64,000 nucleotides of DNA from a candidate division FCPU426 bacterium (GTDB lineage: Bacteria; Oederibacteriota; JAAXVQ01; JAUVAV01). Position 1 is the first letter of the stretch, and every line of letters begins with the position of its first letter. This document shows, piece after piece, positions 58,283-64,000 of this stretch. The DNA is taken from contig JBFLYH010000003.1 in NCBI GenBank assembly GCA_040756875.1, positions 192,001-256,000 of the forward strand, in the 5' to 3' direction. Below the pieces are notes generated by a model that saw only the letters and a list, made by a program, of their open reading frames with translations, did no database searches and had not been told where the DNA came from. The position numbers were made by a program, and so were the translations under genes.

Positions 58283-58312
58283 AGCACGGAAACGAATGAA
58301 CGGCGTTTAACT

Positions 58313-58357
58313 AAAAAGCGGTCCCGACCGGCGTTTATCACGCTTCGGGACCGCTTT
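58313..58357. terminator. Terminator between the convergent EamA and MCP genes
   Basis: AAAGCGGTCCCGA / TCGGGACCGCTTT with a T-run on the minus strand. Confidence 0.7.
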
Positions 58358-58394
58358 CCTTAGCATTTCATTTCCAGCCGACCCAACCCGCGGA

Positions 58395-59960
58395 TTACGT
58401 CTTCGCGGCCACTGCCCATTCGTTTTGGGAAACCTGCGCGCCATTGCCGCCGTTCGTGTCCACCTGCCGTTTGGGAGCGCCCCACTCACGTTGCCTGATG
58501 GCCCGGGCCCCGTATTCACTCTGTTCCCCTTGGCCGATGATCTGCAGCAACGTATCAACCAAGCCGTGCATCTCCCTGGCCTCGGCCGACATCTCTTCGC
58601 TGGCCGAAGCGGACTCTTCGGCCGTGGAGGCATTGCTCTGTGTGATGGTGTTGATCTGGCTGATGCTGCCGGATATGCTTTCAATTTCATCGGCTTGCGC
58701 TTTGCTGGATTCGGACACTTTGGAAATGATCTGGGTCGCGTCCCCCACTTTCGCCTTGATCTGCGCCAGGCTCTCGGCCACGCTCGCGGACACTTTCACG
58801 CCGTGTTCCGAGCTTTGCTGGGACTGGAGGATCATTTCCGTGGTGTTGCGTGCCGCTTCCGCAGACCGCTGGGCCAGGTTCCGCACCTCTTCGGCCACCA
58901 CGGCAAAACCTTTGCCCGCCTCGCCGGCCCGCGCCGCCTCGACAGCCGCGTTCAAGGCCAGCAGGTTCGTCTGAAATGCGATCTCGTCGATGGTTTTGAT
59001 GATCTTGGCGGTCTTTTCGGACGAACTTTTTATTTGGCGGATGGCTTCACCCATCCGTTCCACCGCCTGGCTGCCCTCTTCCGCCGCGCTTTTTGCCGCC
59101 GTGGCCGAGGCATTCGCCTGCCTGGTGTTCTCCGCGTTATGGTGGATCGAAGACTTCATTTCATCCAAGGAGGAGGAAATTTGGTTCAAGGCGGACGCCT
59201 GCTTGCTGGCCCCCATGGCTACGGTTTGCCCCGATTCCGAAACCTGGCCCGAAGCCGAGGTGATTTGTTCGGCCCCGTTTTTGAGCTGCTGGCTGATGTC
59301 CCTGAGCAATTTGGTGATGTTGGAGGAGGTTAAAATACTGGCCCCGATCAACAGGACCGCGAGGATCAGGCCGGCCACCGACAGGCTCATGATGCCCGAG
59401 GAGACGGTCTGCCTGGCCAGTTTCTCCTGGCTGACATTGTATTCGTTGGCCAACTCGACTGTGCGGTTGATGGCCGCCAAATGCTTCGTGTATTGATCGC
59501 TCAATTCCGCGAGCGCCTCTTCGGCCTTTGCCGTGTCGCCCGACTGGATGGCGGGCAGATACTGCGACTTGAGGAGGCTGAAGTATTCGGCAGCCGGCTG
59601 GTACGATTCCTGAACCAGCGCGGTTTTCAACGGCCCGGCCGCAAGCGCCTGTTCCCAAAAAGCGTGCCGTCCCGAATAGTCCTTTTCCAGCGTGGCGCAT
59701 TTGTCCGCCAATGCCTGCACTTGCCGGGGATCCTTGCACAGCTGGATCTGCAGGGTGGTCAGGTAAGTTTCAATGATGTATTCGGGAGGCGGCAGGATGT
59801 CCGCCACCAGATCCTTGCCCAGCACGATCCGTTCATAAATAGGGCCGTTCACTTTGACCCGGTTGAGCGTCGTCAAGGCAAACAAAGTCAGCATCAATGC
59901 CGAACCGAGCGCAATAACCGTATTGGTCACCATTTTACGCTGGATTTGATTGAGCTGCAT
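58395..59960 (-). CDS. Methyl-accepting chemotaxis protein
   Basis: Two TMs around a sensor domain ([15 protein letters not shown]); [37 protein letters not shown]. Confidence 0.94.
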   Translation of the reverse strand: MQLNQIQRKMVTNTVIALGSALMLTLFALTTLNRVKVNGPIYERIVLGKDLVADILPPPEYIIETYLTTLQIQLCKDPRQVQALADKCATLEKDYSGRHAFWEQALAAGPLKTALVQESYQPAAEYFSLLKSQYLPAIQSGDTAKAEEALAELSDQYTKHLAAINRTVELANEYNVSQEKLARQTVSSGIMSLSVAGLILAVLLIGASILTSSNITKLLRDISQQLKNGAEQITSASGQVSESGQTVAMGASKQASALNQISSSLDEMKSSIHHNAENTRQANASATAAKSAAEEGSQAVERMGEAIRQIKSSSEKTAKIIKTIDEIAFQTNLLALNAAVEAARAGEAGKGFAVVAEEVRNLAQRSAEAARNTTEMILQSQQSSEHGVKVSASVAESLAQIKAKVGDATQIISKVSESSKAQADEIESISGSISQINTITQSNASTAEESASASEEMSAEAREMHGLVDTLLQIIGQGEQSEYGARAIRQREWGAPKRQVDTNGGNGAQVSQNEWAVAAKT

Positions 59961-60212
59961 GGCGGTTTTTCCTTTCACAAAGAAATATTCCTCTATTATA
60001 AATATCGACTGTTTTCCAAATAACTTGAACGAAGAACGGCCTCATCAGCGGACCTCCCTGTGGCGGCCAACCGCGGTCAAAACCCCCGGGATAGCCCATG
60101 CGCAGGCCGGTAGCGGAGGATCGTCGTCTTCACGCATCGGAGAACGCAGTCGTTGCTGCCTGAACAGATCGTCGGTGAAATAAGCGGAGTATGACGGAAA
60201 GGAGCGTGCAGT

Positions 60213-60797
60213 TTACTGCACGGGAATCCAGTGTTCCACCACGCGCCTGCCGTTCCGGATGGTTTTCAATTCATAGCGTTCGCCGGCGCCGGGTTTCAAA
60301 CCCAATGGGCGCAGGGTTTTAGCCGCGGCCCGGTAGGCCTTGTTGCCCGTGAAATTGCCCCAGCCAGCCACGCGCACCACCAGCCGCCGGCCGGGTGCGA
60401 TTTTCACCGTCCGCAGGAACCCGGGCAGCCCCATGACCGGATAGCCCAGGGGGGGCAAAAATCCCACCTGGCATTCGATCCGGAGCGGACGCATGAGCAG
60501 GGGCGTGCGGGCGTAGATCGTAATGGGATTGAGATCGTCCCAGCCGCGCTCGGCCAGCGCGCGCCGCACGGTTTCGCGTTTCCCCTCCAGCCCCCACAAT
60601 GTGCCCTGATAATCCGCGACCACGGCCAGGACCTCGGGCAACTCGGCCGGCGCCACCACTTCAATGCCGGTGAAAGGCCCGGAAATAAACAGATAAACGC
60701 CTCCGCCTAAAAACAGCAGGGCCAGCAGCCCCACGGCCGCGAGTACGATCCGCGGCGGGCCATCGCCCTGGTCCACAAATCCACCCGGGTTTCGCAT
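60213..60797 (-). CDS. Membrane-anchored hypothetical protein, possibly GyrI-like fold
   Basis: N-terminal TM; YQG...CQVGF...YE...HWIPV pattern. Confidence 0.6.
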   Translation of the reverse strand: MRNPGGFVDQGDGPPRIVLAAVGLLALLFLGGGVYLFISGPFTGIEVVAPAELPEVLAVVADYQGTLWGLEGKRETVRRALAERGWDDLNPITIYARTPLLMRPLRIECQVGFLPPLGYPVMGLPGFLRTVKIAPGRRLVVRVAGWGNFTGNKAYRAAAKTLRPLGLKPGAGERYELKTIRNGRRVVEHWIPVQ

Positions 60798-61053
60798 GCC
60801 GATTCCCGCCTCTGTTTCGAAATGGTGTTAATGAATGCGCTTCCATTCTAGGGCGATCATGGCGGGGAAGACAAGTGAAACCGGCGTGATGATCGCCTGT
60901 CCGGGCAACTTTGAGGGTTTGATCCCAGGCGCGTTTCATATTAGTATAGGTGACTGGACGCCTCATCCGGTCCGGAGAACGGACGGGATCCGGCTTGCAG
61001 CCGGTGGCGTCCGCCGGTACGGTCCAACCCATCCACCAACGCGGAGGCCGGAC

Positions 61054-61842
61054 ATGCGTGGTCTAGTCTGTTATTACTCCAGCACGGGAAACACCCGGCT
61101 CGTCAGCCGATACGCGGCCAGAAAGCTGGCTGCCGCCGAATGGACGCTGTGCGACCTCATCCAGGAAGCGGCCCCGGATTTGAATCCCTTCGGCGCGGTC
61201 ATGTTTGTTTGTCCCACGGATTTCTGGAGCGTGCCTGAGCGCGTGATCCGCTTTATCCGCTCGCTCCCGCTGCAAACCGGCCGTCCGGCTTTCGTCCTAG
61301 CCACGTATGGCATGATGGGCGCCTTTGCCCTGCGGGACCTGGGCCGGCTGGTGCGCAAACGCGGTTTCAAAATCATCGGCGCCGCGCCTTTTCACACCCC
61401 GGAAAATTATCCGCCGCTCATTGTCCAAGGCCTGGGCATGAAACAGTCGCCTTCGGAGGAGGAATTGCGCCGCTTCGACCGGGAACTGAGCCAATGGAAC
61501 GCGCGGCTGCAGGACGCGGCCGCCGGCCGTCCAGTCCGGGCTTTAAAACCCGGCGAAGGCCTGGCTTCCCTGCTCCCCGCGCCCGGCCGCGCCACGGCGC
61601 GCAGGGACATGGGGGAGAAATTCGTGGACGAGAGCCTGTGCAGCCAATGCGGGACCTGTCAAAAAGGCTGTCCCTACCAGGCCATTCAACTGGCGCCGTT
61701 CCCGGCCTTCAACCAGGCCGTATGCTACGGATGCTGGCGCTGCTTCAACCGCTGTCCTAAAAAAGCCATCTATACCAAAAAATTCAGGGAACAAGGCCGG
61801 TATCCCCGGCCCGAGCCGGCCCTGGAGGAAAAACTGCGCTGA
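61054..61842 (+). CDS. EFR1-family flavodoxin-like/ferredoxin fusion
   Basis: YYSSTGNT, PENY, CSQCGTCQKGCP and CYGCWRCFNRCP; GGAGG RBS before ATG 61054. Confidence 0.88.
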   Translation: MRGLVCYYSSTGNTRLVSRYAARKLAAAEWTLCDLIQEAAPDLNPFGAVMFVCPTDFWSVPERVIRFIRSLPLQTGRPAFVLATYGMMGAFALRDLGRLVRKRGFKIIGAAPFHTPENYPPLIVQGLGMKQSPSEEELRRFDRELSQWNARLQDAAAGRPVRALKPGEGLASLLPAPGRATARRDMGEKFVDESLCSQCGTCQKGCPYQAIQLAPFPAFNQAVCYGCWRCFNRCPKKAIYTKKFREQGRYPRPEPALEEKLR

Positions 61843-61868
61843 CCGCCGCCCAACGGCCCGGCTGACGC

Positions 61869-63191
61869 GTGAATACAGGAAGGAACGATCCCCTCATGCC
61901 CTCCAACCATTTTTCGGAAACATACTACCAACGCTCGCGCGAAGTTTTAACCAGCGCCCTGGCGGATGTCGCCGCCTATCGCGACTGGCGCGGCCTGGAC
62001 CCGGGTGAAGACGCCCCTGTCGACCGGCGGTACGCGGCCCTGCCTGCGCTGACCAAGCAGATTTTGACGGAATACTTTCCCCACGGTTTGGTGCCCAGAC
62101 AGAACAATGTGACCGAGGCGCTGAAATCCGGAGAGATCGAATTCGTGGAAACCAGCGGCACTACCTCGGACCGGATCACCAACATCTGGAACCAAGTCTG
62201 GTGGGATGCCTCGGAAGCCGCGTCCTGGAAGCTCAACGTCCATACCCAGAGGCTGGACGGGCGCCATCCCGAGGCGATTCTGACCAGCGCGCTCAACGTG
62301 GGGTTCAGGTCCAAAGCGGACCTTCCCTTCGGGGCGCGCCGGCTGGGGCGTTTTCTTTACCTGAACGAAAAGGCCATGACGCAGGAATTGACCGACCGCC
62401 ACTTCGAACGCATGGCCCGCGAGCTGGAGGAGTTTCGCCCCGTGCTGCTGGAAGCGAACGCCTCCTGGCTGGCGCGCCTGGCTTGGTGGGCAAGTGACCG
62501 CGGGGTGAAGCTGGCCGCGCCCCAGGCTGTAGTCTACACTTACGAACTGCCCTCGGCTTTGCATTTGGCGAGCATCCGCCGGGTTTTGCCGGTGCCGTTC
62601 ATCAGTTCCTACGGCTCCACGGAAACCGGCTATGTGTTCATGCAGTGTGAACACGGACATTTCCATCAAAACACCGAATATTGCCGCGTGGATTACGAGC
62701 CCCTCCGGCCTGAACACGGCGGCCCGGACCTGGGACGCATCCTGGTCACGACCTTCCAGAATCCCTGGACCATTTTGGTCCGTTTCGACGTCGGCGACCT
62801 GGTGCGGCTGGCCGGGCCAGAGGGCTGTCCCTGCGGAAGGAAAGACGGGCTCGTGCTTTCGGCCATCGAAGGCCGCCTGGCCAACGCCACCTACTCAACT
62901 GCGGGCCGCCTGATCACCCCGCGGCAGGCGGACGAGGCCCTGGCCCAAGTGCCGGGCCTTCGCGATTACCAGGTGGAACAGACCGGGCCGGAGGATTACA
63001 AACTCAGCGTGATGCCCGAGCTGTCCGCACGGGGCGTATCCGGGCCAGCCCGTGATGCCCTGGCTGCGGTTTACGGCCTGGGCGCCCGGATCGCAACCGC
63101 GGAAAGGGAGGACCTCTTGCCCTGGCCTTCCGGAAAGTTCCGCCGCACCCGGTTGTCCTTTGAATTGGAGCCGAAAGGACTTTTCGCATGA
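61869..63191 (+). CDS. Phenylacetate-CoA ligase-like adenylate-forming enzyme
   Basis: LPALTK, ETSGTT, SYGSTE, RFDVGD, CPCGR, SGKFR; alternative start 61896. Confidence 0.83.
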   Translation: MNTGRNDPLMPSNHFSETYYQRSREVLTSALADVAAYRDWRGLDPGEDAPVDRRYAALPALTKQILTEYFPHGLVPRQNNVTEALKSGEIEFVETSGTTSDRITNIWNQVWWDASEAASWKLNVHTQRLDGRHPEAILTSALNVGFRSKADLPFGARRLGRFLYLNEKAMTQELTDRHFERMARELEEFRPVLLEANASWLARLAWWASDRGVKLAAPQAVVYTYELPSALHLASIRRVLPVPFISSYGSTETGYVFMQCEHGHFHQNTEYCRVDYEPLRPEHGGPDLGRILVTTFQNPWTILVRFDVGDLVRLAGPEGCPCGRKDGLVLSAIEGRLANATYSTAGRLITPRQADEALAQVPGLRDYQVEQTGPEDYKLSVMPELSARGVSGPARDALAAVYGLGARIATAEREDLLPWPSGKFRRTRLSFELEPKGLFA

Positions 63192-63895
63192 ACCGGATCA
63201 AGCCCGTCTATCTCATGGCCGGCGGCAACTGGCGCAAACCGAGCGCCCTCCTGCCCCAGTTCCAGACCATTCTGGCTGAAACCGGGAAACCCCGTCCCCT
63301 CGTGGCCACCATCGGCGCGGCCAACGGCGACGATGCGTTTTTCTTCAGATTCACGCGCCATTGGCTCCTGCGCGCCGGCGCCGGAGAGGTCATGCCCGTG
63401 CGCCTGGCTTCGAAGCGCGCGGACGCGGCCCGGGCGCTGGAAATCCTGCAAGCCGCCGACGCGGTGTTTCTGTCCGGCGGCGATGTGGACGAAGGCATGC
63501 GCTGGCTGAAGCATCACGGGATCATTCCCGCGCTGCGCGGGCTCCGCCGCCGGGGCAAGTTGTTTTTCGGATTGTCGGCCGGAAGCATTATGCTCGGCAC
63601 GCGCTGGGTCCGCTGGCCGGATGAAAACAACGATGATTCGGCGGAATTGTTCGAGTGCCTGGGATTGGCGCCGGTTCTCTGCGACACCCATGCCGAGGAG
63701 GACGATTGGGAGGAACTGAAAACCGCGGTGCGGCTGCTCGCGGGCCGGGGGTGCGGGTACGGCATTCCCACGGGCGGCGCGATCCGGGTGTCGCCGTCAG
63801 GAACCTTGACCGCGTTCGGACAGCCAGCGGTGCGTTACCTGCGGAAACACGGCCAGGCGGTTAAAGCGGAGGATTTGCCCGCCAAACCTTTTTAA
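63188..63895 (+). CDS. Peptidase S51 / cyanophycinase-like (class I GAT-like) protein
   Basis: ADAVFLSGGD, GLSAGS nucleophile elbow, DTH. Confidence 0.83.
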   Translation: MNRIKPVYLMAGGNWRKPSALLPQFQTILAETGKPRPLVATIGAANGDDAFFFRFTRHWLLRAGAGEVMPVRLASKRADAARALEILQAADAVFLSGGDVDEGMRWLKHHGIIPALRGLRRRGKLFFGLSAGSIMLGTRWVRWPDENNDDSAELFECLGLAPVLCDTHAEEDDWEELKTAVRLLAGRGCGYGIPTGGAIRVSPSGTLTAFGQPAVRYLRKHGQAVKAEDLPAKPF

Positions 63896-63909
63896 CCTCC
63901 GGGGCCGGC

Positions 63910-64000
63910 TCAGGCGTTGTTTTTCTCAAAATACACCAGATCGAACTTCTCCCCTGCCGCCTCTTCCCGAACAATTTGATACCCTAACTTTTGGTAGAAA
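63910..64000 (-). CDS. GNAT acetyltransferase, C-terminal fragment
   Basis: My translation FYQKLGYQIVREEAAGEKFDLVYFEKNNA* (FYxKLGY motif). Confidence 0.7.
   Translation of the reverse strand, partial: FYQKLGYQIVREEAAGEKFDLVYFEKNNA

Noticed and set aside
59950-60183. LNEERPHQ resembling an IS3/IS481 integrase tail
   Set aside because: Only a few residues match, with no DDE context or terminal repeats.

Overview
GC-rich window from a diderm bacterium (PpiD-like chaperone, TonB receptor, LolA-like protein, outer-membrane barrels). PorV/PorQ-like barrels and Thr/Pro-linked, T9SS-like C-terminal domains resemble what I recall of the uncultured FCPU426/Goldbacteria/Elusimicrobiota-type lineages; this is inference, not tested. 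1-12.6 kb is core genome: partial cysE, RNase E/G, a TIGR03960/TIGR03936 radical SAM fusion, mreBCD-mrdA-rodA and a PPIase. The rest mixes housekeeping genes (maf, mazG, nagA, acpS) with accessory genes. Main signals: (1) five secreted proteins with a shared T9SS-type/FlgD-Ig C-terminal domain and three divergent PorV-like genes, each adjacent to one cargo, including a 1230-aa protein with a roughly 940-residue alternating-Thr stalk; (2) an unannotated 26-aa Cys-rich micro-ORF (…CDCCCCWC) with a strong RBS and terminator; (3) a promoter-uORF-terminator leader upstream of an EamA transporter; (4) several small palindromic repeats, including one family that abuts stop codons and duplicates the nagA 3' end, an IS200/IS605-like mini-element and a 164-bp foldback; (5) a peroxiredoxin with two candidate starts, with and without a signal peptide; (6) a YghO/ceramide-synthase-like GNAT. 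I found no rRNA, tRNA, CRISPR array, transposase or integrase. All family calls are motif recognition by eye, without database searches.
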